The position numbers were made by a program, and so were the translations under genes. Shown here one piece after another: positions 6,970 through 15,722 of a stretch of 20,000 nt of DNA (its first letter is position 1; every line of letters begins with the position of its first letter). The DNA is from an uncultured virus (IMG/VR IMGVR_UViG_3300043094_000104) (Duplodnaviria > Heunggongvirae > Uroviricota > Caudoviricetes). The notes beneath the pieces were generated by a model, which made no database searches, was not told where the DNA came from, and was given only the letters and a program-made list of their open reading frames with translations. The stretch lies in the IMG/VR virus record IMGVR_UViG_3300043094_000104; one strand, written 5' to 3'.

Positions 6970-8739
6970 TTAAACTCTATCGTAAACAGAACCATCATTA
7001 TTCTTAATAATGATCTTTGCAATAATAGGTACGTATTCTTCTAATGTATCACGCTTTGTGAGCATTATAGATGGTACATTAGCGTTAACAGTATTTAAAT
7101 AATTCTTAACAACGTTGAATGTATATGGATAATATTCGAATGTCTTGAATTTATCGGTTGTTGGAACGAAGAACATAGTTAACTCGCCCTGTGGAATTAA
7201 GTCAGAAGAAATAATAGTATACTTATTAGCACCAGAAATAGCACCAATAGAATATTGAACTTCTACACCGTTCTGCTGATCATTTACAGAATTAAATGAC
7301 CAAGAAACGTTAGGAAGAATATTTGTATCAATTGGATTACCAATAATTACAAAGTAACCATTATAGCACTTATAATCGCCACGCATCTTAGTAGCAAGTA
7401 AATCAAATAACTTCTTAAGTTCATTTAACCATTCAGAAGGATTCATTGCAAAGTGACCAGAAGGATATACATTAAAGCTCTTTCTATACTGAGCTTCAGT
7501 ACCTTCATAAGCTCTCATTAAGAACTGATAAATTCTCTGGTCTAACTTCTGAGCACAAACATTAGACATGATATCGATTAATTCAGCAGCGCCATCAACC
7601 TGATACATAGCCTTTACGTCCTGAAGGAATTCAAGAGGTAAGGATGCTTCAATGTGTTCGCCTGTTCCGATTTCGATATCCTTCTTATCCATTTCAAAGT
7701 CAACGTTGGTAGACTTCTGATGTGTTTCAGAAGATAAGAATGCCATTACACGAACCTTAGTAGCTCTACCAGACATAGAAACGAATTCTAAGAAACCATT
7801 TTCAAGATCTACAGAACCAAATACAGTATCCTTAACAGGAGTTAAATTACCATCCTTATCATATTCAGTAAAGAATACGTCAGAATAAATTCTTCTGTAA
7901 AGGTCAACCTTTGCATTAACCTTAATAGGAGTTTCTACATAAGTACCATCTGCACCACATACTGGATAGTAAACATCTGTTACAACAAACTTTCTATCTA
8001 CAGCATAACGAGCATCGTTTGTAGGATTCTTATGATCAAAGATTGTAGAACCTGTAAATAAGTTAAATCTTTCAATCTTACCACCCTCTGCAAGAGCGAT
8101 TACACCCTTATCAATAGGAGTAGCAGCTGTCTTATCATCTGTAGCTTCATAAGTATAAGTACCATCAGCTTCAGAAATAGTAATAGTAGAATAGAACTTA
8201 GTTTCTGCAGGATCACCATCAAAATCAGGATTCTGAGCTACACCATCATTCATAGGAAGCTGATAAAGTTCAGCTAATTCATTATCCTGCATATTAATAG
8301 ATTCTGGTAAGTAATGCTTTGTCTTACCATCTGCGCCTAAAATATATGGCTTCATAAATGCTACAGAGAATGCAGGAACTGTTACTGGCTCAGTTGGAAC
8401 TGCATACTTTAAGCTTAAACGTGCCCAAAGCTTAACAAGAATAGGCATTGTTAAAGAAGCATAAGGCTGTACGCCTTCTAAAGATTCAGTTAAAATAGAT
8501 TCTCTTGTAGAATCTGCCATTTCATGGATCTGAGCACATTCAGTAGCTTCAAAACCTTCACAAAGATGGCTCATATAATCCTCATATAAAACATTGTCAG
8601 TTAAAATATCTTCAAAATTCTTACCAATGATGTTTGTCTGATGTCTCTGAGCAAAGTAATCCTGTGTCTCAGAAAGTCTTCTAGAGAAAGCATCCTGTGG
8701 TGAAGATGTAGTAACTTTCTTTTGATAAATTACACTCAT
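6970..8739 (-). CDS. Major capsid protein precursor (HK97 fold, T4 gp23-like)
   Basis: 589 aa. QDVKAMYQVDGAAELIDIMS...LDQRI and the C-terminal YYPY...PSIMLTKR resemble conserved gp23-family segments. Codon usage is visibly biased as for a highly expressed gene. Probable propeptide cleavage near ILTE|S. Confidence 0.8.
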   Translation of the reverse strand: MSVIYQKKVTTSSPQDAFSRRLSETQDYFAQRHQTNIIGKNFEDILTDNVLYEDYMSHLCEGFEATECAQIHEMADSTRESILTESLEGVQPYASLTMPILVKLWARLSLKYAVPTEPVTVPAFSVAFMKPYILGADGKTKHYLPESINMQDNELAELYQLPMNDGVAQNPDFDGDPAETKFYSTITISEADGTYTYEATDDKTAATPIDKGVIALAEGGKIERFNLFTGSTIFDHKNPTNDARYAVDRKFVVTDVYYPVCGADGTYVETPIKVNAKVDLYRRIYSDVFFTEYDKDGNLTPVKDTVFGSVDLENGFLEFVSMSGRATKVRVMAFLSSETHQKSTNVDFEMDKKDIEIGTGEHIEASLPLEFLQDVKAMYQVDGAAELIDIMSNVCAQKLDQRIYQFLMRAYEGTEAQYRKSFNVYPSGHFAMNPSEWLNELKKLFDLLATKMRGDYKCYNGYFVIIGNPIDTNILPNVSWSFNSVNDQQNGVEVQYSIGAISGANKYTIISSDLIPQGELTMFFVPTTDKFKTFEYYPYTFNVVKNYLNTVNANVPSIMLTKRDTLEEYVPIIAKIIIKNNDGSVYDRV

Positions 8740-8846
8740 GGTATCTCACCTAAGATGAAATTATTATCATCTTATTTTTTCCTTTCTTTTAAAGTAATAA
8801 ATTATATAAATAAACTAAAAAAATTATAAATTATATAAATTAATAA

Positions 8847-8858
8847 TAAATTTATGTT
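8847..8858 (-). promoter_or_regulatory. Putative late promoter AACA-N6-TA upstream of the capsid gene
   Basis: AACA TAAATT TA on the minus strand matches the consensus known for AR9 non-virion RNAP promoters. Confidence 0.55.
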
Positions 8859-8869
8859 AAGCTCTTTAA

Positions 8870-10228
8870 TTAGTTAAATATCTTTTTAACAACTGTTTTT
8901 CCTAATTGTTCACCACTACCTCTTAATAATGATTGTTTAAAGGTTTGTGATAAATCATGTCTATCCTGTCTTTTTTCTTCTTCTGCTTCTTCTTTTTTAC
9001 GTTTTTCTCTAAGGTATTCTTTTTTTTCTTCAGCAGTCATATTTTTCATTTTTTCTGCTTCTTTTTTCTTTTCTTCTTCTTTCTTTTTAGCTTTTTCTTT
9101 TTCCATTTCTTCTACTTTAGCTTTTCTCTTTTCTTCTTCAGCTTTAATACCATTTATAGCAGCTTTAGTATAAACAGAAATATGTTTCTTAGCTTGTTCA
9201 AACGCATTTTCATCTAAAGGCTCTAAACCTCTAGATTCCATCATAATACAATATGAATTATATGATTTAATTTTAAAGTTTTCATCATATTCTAATGCTT
9301 CTAAATAATTATCCATATCATAAGAAGATACACTCATTAGTTCTTCACAAACTGGATTTAGATGTTTATTAAATCCCATTTTTTCATATATTTTATTTCT
9401 ATCATGTCTATCTTTCTGATCTTTATCAACTTTTCTATCTAATTTACGATTAGCCCTGCTTGGATCGCCATTTATTTTATGTCTAATTTCATTTCCTGCA
9501 AAAGCAGCACCTAAAGTAGTAGCAGTTCCTAATATAACTTTTTTCTTTAATGCTTTCTTATCATTTTTCCATTCTTTATAAGATTTATAATTTTTATTAC
9601 CTTTAGCTTTTTCTCTTTGTTTATATTCATTATAACTTTCTTTATCTTTAGACTCATTAAAATAATTATTATAATAATTTAATAATTCTGATTCTGTAAA
9701 GTTTTCATATAAATAAATATATAAACTTTCATTTAAATCTTGTTTTAAAGCTTGTTTGGTATCTCTAAATTTTTTCTTTCCTTCTTTTTTTCCAATAAGT
9801 CTACCTGTTTTTGTAGCATATCTTTGTGTCTGTTTTCCATAAGCTCTAATTTGTTTTTCTTGAGCTCTTTGATTAATTCTAGCTTGTTTTCTCATCATTC
9901 TAGCATTATGTGCATTTTGTTTTTTACGTATATTTTCAGCAGTTTTATCTTCATCTTTATTATCATGCATTTTTTTAAGACCAACACCAGTAGCTGCTAC
10001 CGCACCTAAAGCAGCTAATCTTTTTAAACGTTTTTTACGTTTTACTTCATCTTTATAGCCTTCGGGAGATTTAGCTATTTTACCTTTTGCAGCTTGTTGA
10101 TTGCGATAATCTATATATCTAGGATCATTTTCTTTTTTATTTTTTTTAATTCCATGACTTAATAAACCATCATCCTCTTTATCTTCTTCTTTATTTTTAT
10201 TAAAAATACCTTCATTATAATAATACAT
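8870..10228 (-). CDS. Highly charged repeat protein, putative virion/internal head protein
   Basis: Adjacent to and co-oriented with the capsid gene. Two basic modules each end in a Gly/Ala hydrophobic stretch. Recurrent NE|S/G motifs and a Lys/Glu coiled coil. Confidence 0.55.
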   Translation of the reverse strand: MYYYNEGIFNKNKEEDKEDDGLLSHGIKKNKKENDPRYIDYRNQQAAKGKIAKSPEGYKDEVKRKKRLKRLAALGAVAATGVGLKKMHDNKDEDKTAENIRKKQNAHNARMMRKQARINQRAQEKQIRAYGKQTQRYATKTGRLIGKKEGKKKFRDTKQALKQDLNESLYIYLYENFTESELLNYYNNYFNESKDKESYNEYKQREKAKGNKNYKSYKEWKNDKKALKKKVILGTATTLGAAFAGNEIRHKINGDPSRANRKLDRKVDKDQKDRHDRNKIYEKMGFNKHLNPVCEELMSVSSYDMDNYLEALEYDENFKIKSYNSYCIMMESRGLEPLDENAFEQAKKHISVYTKAAINGIKAEEEKRKAKVEEMEKEKAKKKEEEKKKEAEKMKNMTAEEKKEYLREKRKKEEAEEEKRQDRHDLSQTFKQSLLRGSGEQLGKTVVKKIFN

Positions 10229-10267
10229 CTTCTCACCTTCTCCATTTAAAATTAATAATAAATAGTT

Positions 10268-12187
10268 TTAAGCATAAGTACCATCAAAACCACTTAATGT
10301 ATTATTTTTCTTCTCATTGATCTTTGAAAATGGTGAATCTAATTTTAATTCTAGTTTCTGCAATATTTTTTTATCACTAGAAACTTTCATTAATTTTTCC
10401 ATTTTCTTTATTTGTTCTTGAATTTCTTTTTTCTGCTTCGGATTTAATTTATCACCATTTTTATTTAATTCTTGTTTATATAATTCTAATATTTTTTTAC
10501 ATCTTGTAATATTAGAAGGATGACAATCTATAAAATACATTCCCATATAAGATGTAAATAAAGTATATATTTTAGAAAGAGATGTAAGAACATCTAAAGA
10601 ATTCATTGGATTATCTGAAATGGCTTCTAACCCAGTGTAGAGATCTTTACCATAACCATGTTTAGCTGCAAAAGCATCTGCATATTTTTCAGCCTGATAG
10701 TCTAAAGTAAGAAGACCTGCTGAACCAACGTCTTTAAATAAAGATTTTATTACTTTCATTAATATAATTTTAATAACTAATTTTATAGGTGTAAGTATTA
10801 TATTTAATGTTTTATTAATTGCACCAAAGACTTCTCTAAAGCCACCAATAATTTTATTAAATACAGTTAAATTAAGTTGTAATTTATCTCCAATAATATC
10901 ATAAGATCCTGGATTAGATAACCAAACTAAAGTTTTATAAATAAATTCTTTTTGTTTAGTTGGAAGAAATTCTAATGGCATTTTAAATAATGTTTCAATT
11001 AAAAATTCTAATAAATCTTTTGTATATTCTCTAAAAGCACCTTCAGAATTATTTAATAAAAATTTCCAAGTTATTTCTAAAATACCATCGACTATATTTT
11101 TACTACTATTATAACGAATATATTCTTTTCGTACAAAGAAATTATGTCCTATTTCATGAAGAAATATTGCATTAACTTCTTCTTTAGTAAGTTCACCTGT
11201 TAATAATTTAGGATAAATATAGATATTAATTTTTTTATCAGTTGAATCTTTAAATTTAATTCCTTCAGAATTTTCAACTAAATCATAATTCTGCTTTTTA
11301 GTTTTACTAGCAACATTAATCCAATTTATAGTAAAAGCATTTTGAACGCCATAATTACTACCAATATGAATATTTAATTTTTCTAAATTAAAATATTTTT
11401 CTAATTTAGCTTCAGCTTTTCTAATATCATTTTTATATTTATATGGATTTTCATTATGACTAACTGCATAAATAAGTTTTTCCCATAATTCATCTTCTAT
11501 TTCTTTCATTGTATTGGATTTTCCATAGAAAGCTTCATTATAATAATTATCTTCTTTTAAACTTGTTGCAGTATTATAAGCTCCTAATCCAGTAGTGAAA
11601 ACTGAAGCACCTGCAGCAATTGCTAATTGTTTATTTTGTTTCTTTAATTCGTTAATTCTATTATTCTTCCAAATACTAAAGCTTTCTTTTGAACCAGATT
11701 GTTTATAAAGCTTTTTAGCTTCACTATTATTATTTAATAATTTTAATTCTTTATTATTTTTTACTAATGTTTTAAAACTATAAACAGATCCTGCAGCTCC
11801 TGCTCCAGTTATAGCTAAATTTTTAGATACTTTTCCAACATTTCTACCGTTTATATTGAAATTATTAAAATTAACATTTGATATGTTTGGAGCTATATAT
11901 TTACCTTTTTTATTTAAAGTATTATAAGCTCCTAATCCAGTAGCTCCTACTACACCTAAATTACTATATCTTAAATTTTTAATTTGTCCGTTTAAATACA
12001 TTTTTCTTTCTGAAAGCCATTTAGAATAAGGTTTTTCACTTCCAGAATCTCTATATATTTTTTTAGCTTCTGTAGGATTATTTAATAATTTTAATTCTTT
12101 TTTTAAATTAGCAAGTTCTAATGTATTAGCAGCACCTGCAGTAGCAGCCAAACCCATAGTACCTAATCCTATTTGTTGTCTAGTCAT
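10268..12187 (-). CDS. Putative virion protein with N-terminal Gly-zipper repeats and a C-terminal M48-like zinc metallopeptidase domain
   Basis: EEVNAIFLHEIGH (HEXXH at 11144-11158), downstream EKYADAFA and HPSNITR are typical M48/HtpX-family motifs. Confidence 0.7.
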   Translation of the reverse strand: MTRQQIGLGTMGLAATAGAANTLELANLKKELKLLNNPTEAKKIYRDSGSEKPYSKWLSERKMYLNGQIKNLRYSNLGVVGATGLGAYNTLNKKGKYIAPNISNVNFNNFNINGRNVGKVSKNLAITGAGAAGSVYSFKTLVKNNKELKLLNNNSEAKKLYKQSGSKESFSIWKNNRINELKKQNKQLAIAAGASVFTTGLGAYNTATSLKEDNYYNEAFYGKSNTMKEIEDELWEKLIYAVSHNENPYKYKNDIRKAEAKLEKYFNLEKLNIHIGSNYGVQNAFTINWINVASKTKKQNYDLVENSEGIKFKDSTDKKINIYIYPKLLTGELTKEEVNAIFLHEIGHNFFVRKEYIRYNSSKNIVDGILEITWKFLLNNSEGAFREYTKDLLEFLIETLFKMPLEFLPTKQKEFIYKTLVWLSNPGSYDIIGDKLQLNLTVFNKIIGGFREVFGAINKTLNIILTPIKLVIKIILMKVIKSLFKDVGSAGLLTLDYQAEKYADAFAAKHGYGKDLYTGLEAISDNPMNSLDVLTSLSKIYTLFTSYMGMYFIDCHPSNITRCKKILELYKQELNKNGDKLNPKQKKEIQEQIKKMEKLMKVSSDKKILQKLELKLDSPFSKINEKKNNTLSGFDGTYA

Positions 12188-12230
12188 TTATAGTAGCATC
12201 TCCTTTCCATATATTTAATAATTAAAAGTT

Positions 12231-12271
12231 TTTAATTAAAAACCCTAATGAGTATTACACTCATTAGGGTT
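12231..12271 (-). terminator. Intrinsic terminator after recA
   Basis: AACCCTAATGAGT / ACTCATTAGGGTT hairpin followed by Ts on the minus strand. Confidence 0.75.
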
Positions 12272-12290
12272 ACTTTATATAATATTTATT

Positions 12291-12833
12291 TTATTCTTCG
12301 TATTCTACTTCTTCGCCTTCAGATGTATAGAACTTTCCATCAGAACCTTCCCATACATCATTTTCTTTATCAATGCATTTAATAAGTTCAATATCTTCTT
12401 CAACTTCATCTATTACTTCTTCATTATTATCTAAATTTTTATCAATATATAAAGAAGAATTTGGAATAAACTTTACATAGTTTTCTTTAATAAGATCAGC
12501 AACAGCTTTTCTTAATTTTTCATTCTCATTATACTTTTCTTTAAAAGTCTTTAGAGTAAATTTAACTTCAGGAAGTTTTTCTAAATAATAAGCTCTTGGA
12601 GAACCCTTAAGTAGTCCTAATTCCTTGAAATTAACTAAATTACTTAAAACATTGTCAAAACCTGACGACTGTTCAAAAACCATTTCAAAAGTTCTTCCTG
12701 CTTCATTAGATCTTGACTTTATGAACTCACCTTTTACCATAAATCCTTTAACACCATAAGTTGAATCTTCATCAAGCTTTGTTGAAGTTGTACAACGAAT
12801 GATATTATTGGCAAGGTATAGTATTGAAGAACC
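12291..12833 (-). CDS. recA: RecA/UvsX-like recombinase, exon 3 (GSSILYLANN...end, 180 aa)
   Basis: Begins after the intron's terminal G (12834). The first 18 aa of the tracked ORF are intron P3'/P8/P7' sequence. Contains the IKSR motif of the RecA C-terminal core. Confidence 0.85.
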   Translation of the reverse strand, partial: GSSILYLANNIIRCTTSTKLDEDSTYGVKGFMVKGEFIKSRSNEAGRTFEMVFEQSSGFDNVLSNLVNFKELGLLKGSPRAYYLEKLPEVKFTLKTFKEKYNENEKLRKAVADLIKENYVKFIPNSSLYIDKNLDNNEEVIDEVEEDIELIKCIDKENDVWEGSDGKFYTSEGEEVEYEE

Positions 12834-13005
12834 CATAACTAGACTATATCTTAATCCTTTATAAAAAAGGATCGCTCCCATTTCCATTTAATCTGGAATT
12901 ATATGATTATTGCTCAATACCAGAACCCATTAATGGGCTGTACTCTACTTCCTTCGTGTAAGTATTTCAACTTACCTTATTCTCTATATTATAGAGTTAT
13001 ATTTA

Positions 13006-13782
13006 TTATTTGGTTTCGATAGTCGTTGAACTTAAAATTTTTTCAATATTATCTTTATCAGAAATAGTTATAAAATTATAACCATATTTTAAAGCCAATT
13101 CTTTTTTATTTTTGTCTATAAGTTGTCTTTCTTCTAAATCTTTATCTGTCATATTCCATTTCTTTTTATAGTGTTGTTCACCTTGAAATTCTATTAATAA
13201 ATTTTTAGATTCTATAAAAAAATCATATGGTTTATTAAATAAATATTTATCTTCTTTGAGAATATAGTTATGAATATATTTTACATTATTATTATTTAAA
13301 AATTCTGAGATAAATTTTTCTCCTTTACTCATCTTAGACATTTTAGAACATTCTTTACAACCTTGTCCTCTATAATGATGTAGCATATCCATCTCAAATT
13401 CACCATGAATTGGACAAATTATAATACTTTTTGTCTTTCCATTAATATAATTAAATTTAGAATAATCATATTTATTATTATGGATTTTATTAGCTTTCTC
13501 TTTCCAATTAGTATTTCTTTGTTTATTTGCCATATTTTCTTTTCCACATTTTGGGCAACCACATCCATTTAAATGAATACCAGCTACCATTTTAAATTCA
13601 CCATGTTTAGGACAAATAATAATTACTTCAGAATGCCAACTTTTATATTCAGCTTTAGAATAATCATATTTATTATTATGGATTTTATTAGCTCTTTCAA
13701 CAAAAGAATTAGCACAATTTTTTACTCTAGAAATACTACATTTTCTTTTCTGATCAAGAATAGGATTTTTTCCTTTATACAT
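13006..13782 (-). CDS. Intron-encoded homing endonuclease (two DUF723-like Zn repeats + Vsr/EDxHD-like domain)
   Basis: Two ANKIHNNKYDYSK...IICP.HGEF...GC..C repeats, then SKGE...PYDFFI...LIEFQGEQH. Lies between the Q and R elements, and its last codons (SSTTIETK) run through R. Confidence 0.85.
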   Translation of the reverse strand: MYKGKNPILDQKRKCSISRVKNCANSFVERANKIHNNKYDYSKAEYKSWHSEVIIICPKHGEFKMVAGIHLNGCGCPKCGKENMANKQRNTNWKEKANKIHNNKYDYSKFNYINGKTKSIIICPIHGEFEMDMLHHYRGQGCKECSKMSKMSKGEKFISEFLNNNNVKYIHNYILKEDKYLFNKPYDFFIESKNLLIEFQGEQHYKKKWNMTDKDLEERQLIDKNKKELALKYGYNFITISDKDNIEKILSSTTIETK

Positions 13783-13811
13783 TGAATCACAACCTTACTT
13801 TAATAAAATTA

Positions 13812-13823
13812 TAAATTCATGTT
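13812..13823 (-). promoter_or_regulatory. Putative intron-internal late promoter for the endonuclease
   Basis: AACA TGAATT TA, about 30 nt upstream of the ATG and nearly identical to the capsid upstream motif. Confidence 0.55.
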
Positions 13824-14058
13824 AAAAGGTAGTAGATCCTTTTATTTTAAAATTTTTTAGATGCTGATAGTCAATTATAACGATACTTAGAATTTCTTCA
13901 TATATCAACTTTTATATTTTTTCTGATTTTCATCAACATTCACGCTTAGAATTACTTCTTACGTTGTAGTTATAAAAGTATTATGACGTTCCAGCAATTA
14001 AGGAGCTTTATTTTTCGCAATGTTACCATTACGCCAGGCAGTTCGTTCATTTTGTTCA

Positions 14059-14073
14059 ACCTGGAATACTTTC
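14059..14073 (-). CDS. recA: RecA/UvsX-like recombinase, 15-nt micro-exon 2 (ESIPG)
   Basis: GAA AGT ATT CCA GGT lies between intron 1's terminal G (14074) and intron 2's 5' splice site. It restores ...YLKQD-ESIPG-GSSILYLA, equivalent to RecA ETTPGGNALKFYA. Confidence 0.88.
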
Positions 14074-14405
14074 CTTTAAATTTTCATATAAGGTCGTTAA
14101 GCTTATATCGTTCTCTTATGAACTGCTATATATTACTATATAGAAAAGACTATATCTTCATAGAAAATATTTCTATGCTCCCCATTTCGATTTAATTAGG
14201 AATTATAAGATTATTACTCTAAACCTAAACCACTTGGCTCTACTCTACTCCCTTCTTCAGCTATTCAATAATAGCTTATAGTTTCGATAGTCGTTGAACT
14301 TTTATTCTAAGAATTCTTAGAATACTTAGCTGCTGATTGTCCTTGTTTTAAGGAGTTTCCAGCAATTAGAGGAGTTTAGACAGGACTCAAGATTATCGTT
14401 GGTTA
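14074..14405 (-). mobile_element. Group I intron 1 in recA (332 nt, ORF-less, IA-like)
   Basis: P1 ACAGGAU/GUCCUGU; P element AAUUGCUGGAAA; Q element AAUCAGCAG; R element GUUCAACGACUA; S element AAGAUAUAGUCU; P9 CUAUAUA-GUAA-UAUAUAG plus further P9 hairpins; terminal G. Confidence 0.92.
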
Positions 14406-15140
14406 ATCCTGTTTGAGATAGTTTATTGCAGCTTGCGTCTTAGCAAATGCATTTATCTCAATTTTTTGAGTTATATGGTTAATTGCAATTAAGATAATAT
14501 TTCCTCTTTCAAGAGGACCTGCTAATCTCTTAATAATAGAATTATTAATTCTTGCAATAGATGTTGCTGACATCTGACCACTTAATTCATCTTCTTCAGA
14601 AATCCCTTCAGGAATAGTTAAAGCCCAACTATCTAATAAAATTACTGTAGGTGGTAAAACATAAATAGGATTTCCATCACTATCTACTTCACCAGAATCT
14701 AACTTAATTTCATCATAAGTTTCAGGCTTATTCTTAAGCTTATCAATAGATTTAACTAATTTATAAATGCTTTCAGAATAAATATTTCTCTGAAGATTCT
14801 TATACTTCTTTTCAATAGTTTCATCAGACCAACCAGAAATAGTTTTAACCCTAGAAACATTAGTTGCTCTTTCAAAGTCATAATGGAAAATATTACCATT
14901 CTCATATGGTTCAACAATAGAACAAGCCATCTTAATAGCTAACGAACTTTTTCCGCTTCCGCTTTTGCCAATAATGGTAACAATTCTACCACCATCAAAA
15001 CCAGTAGTAACTTTTCCATGTTCAATTCTTCCGTTACGATAATCCATTACATCAATACCACTAGTATAAGTAGGTGTAAATGGAATTTCCTCTCCTAGTT
15101 TTTCCTTCTGAATTGTTTCATTAATAAGATCAAATAACAT
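14406..15140 (-). CDS. recA: RecA/UvsX-like recombinase, exon 1 (245 aa; spliced product about 430 aa)
   Basis: TSGIDVMD, Walker A GKSGSGKS, catalytic DFE, Walker B VILLDS, AR, IAINH. GGAGG RBS upstream. Confidence 0.9.
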
Positions 15141-15196
15141 GATTATACCTCCAAAAATTTTAGATTTGTTATTTATTGTACAAAGTACAATTTTAA

Positions 15197-15208
15197 TATT
15201 TTCATGTT
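15197..15208 (-). promoter_or_regulatory. Putative AACA-N6-TA promoter for recA
   Basis: AACA TGAAAA TA on the minus strand. Confidence 0.5.
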
Positions 15209-15260
15209 ACACCTAGCCTTTTTATTTAAATTCAAAACCGTATTAAACCATAGTCGTATA

Positions 15261-15318
15261 TATATATTATAATTGTGAATAAAAGTAATAAGACACCTTA
15301 AAAACGATTACTTTATTC
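15261..15318 (+). promoter_or_regulatory. Putative early promoter (copy 3) followed by a 5' hairpin
   Basis: TATATATTATAATTGTGAATAA is identical to 2341-2362. Hairpin GAATAAAAGTAAT/ATTACTTTATTC follows. Confidence 0.7.
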
Positions 15319-15343
15319 TAATATAATACATAATAATATTTAA

Positions 15344-15667
15344 ATGGTGGCGGAAAGAAATACTATGAAAAATGTTAACGAAATGTCTGCAATGGAATTC
15401 ATCAACTATGCTTGCGAAGTCGAAGAAGCTAAGAAAGTAAAAGTAGTTAATGGCAAACCAGTTAAGGATAACAATAACAACAAGAAGGTTAACAAAAATG
15501 ATAGCAAAAAGGATAGATATATTTGGATAACAAGATTGATATCAGTATATAACATCCCAAGTAATATTTTGGTTCTTGAAAAGGAACAGATTGAAGTTGC
15601 TGTCATTAAGTATACTGATAGAGAAGAATTTGAAGATAGAGTTTCAAAAATTCTCGGTATATACTAA
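15344..15667 (+). CDS. Hypothetical early protein (start may be ATG 15365)
   Basis: ORF between an early-type promoter and a terminator. Confidence 0.75.
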   Translation: MVAERNTMKNVNEMSAMEFINYACEVEEAKKVKVVNGKPVKDNNNNKKVNKNDSKKDRYIWITRLISVYNIPSNILVLEKEQIEVAVIKYTDREEFEDRVSKILGIY

Positions 15668-15670
15668 TAT

Positions 15671-15711
15671 AAAAAATCACATGCAGTTAATTTGTGTGTG
15701 ATTTTTTTTTT
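15671..15711 (+). terminator. Intrinsic terminator
   Basis: AAAAAATCACATGCA / TGTGTGTGATTTTTT hairpin plus T-run. Confidence 0.8.
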
Positions 15712-15722
15712 CATAAATTAAA

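Larger units (their letters stand above)
12834..14058 (-). mobile_element. Group I intron 2 in recA (1225 nt, IA-like), endonuclease-encoding
   Basis: P1 CCAGGU/GCCUGG with U.G wobble; P10 GGUUC-UUCA/UGAA-C-GAACU; P2 with GUAA loop; P element AAUUGCUGGAA; Q element UAUCAGCA; R element GUUCAACGACUA; S element AAGAUAUAGUCU; terminal G. Confidence 0.9.

Noticed and set aside
8957..10009. Phe-rich + strand ORFs 8957..9217 and 9752..10009
   Set aside because: Antisense shadows of Lys/Glu-rich codons in the minus-strand gene, with no RBS.
12834..12887. ATG 12887 as the start of an independent 198-aa gene
   Set aside because: These 18 codons are intron P3'/P8/S sequence. The remainder is recA exon 3.
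13983..14195. 70-aa + strand ORF, and 13573..13785
   Set aside because: Antisense to the intron cores, micro-exon and endonuclease, with no translation signals.
12291..15140. recA as a pseudogene, split gene or intein-containing gene
   Set aside because: In-frame stop right after exon 1, no intein C/S...HN motifs, and two group I cores whose removal restores the frame exactly.
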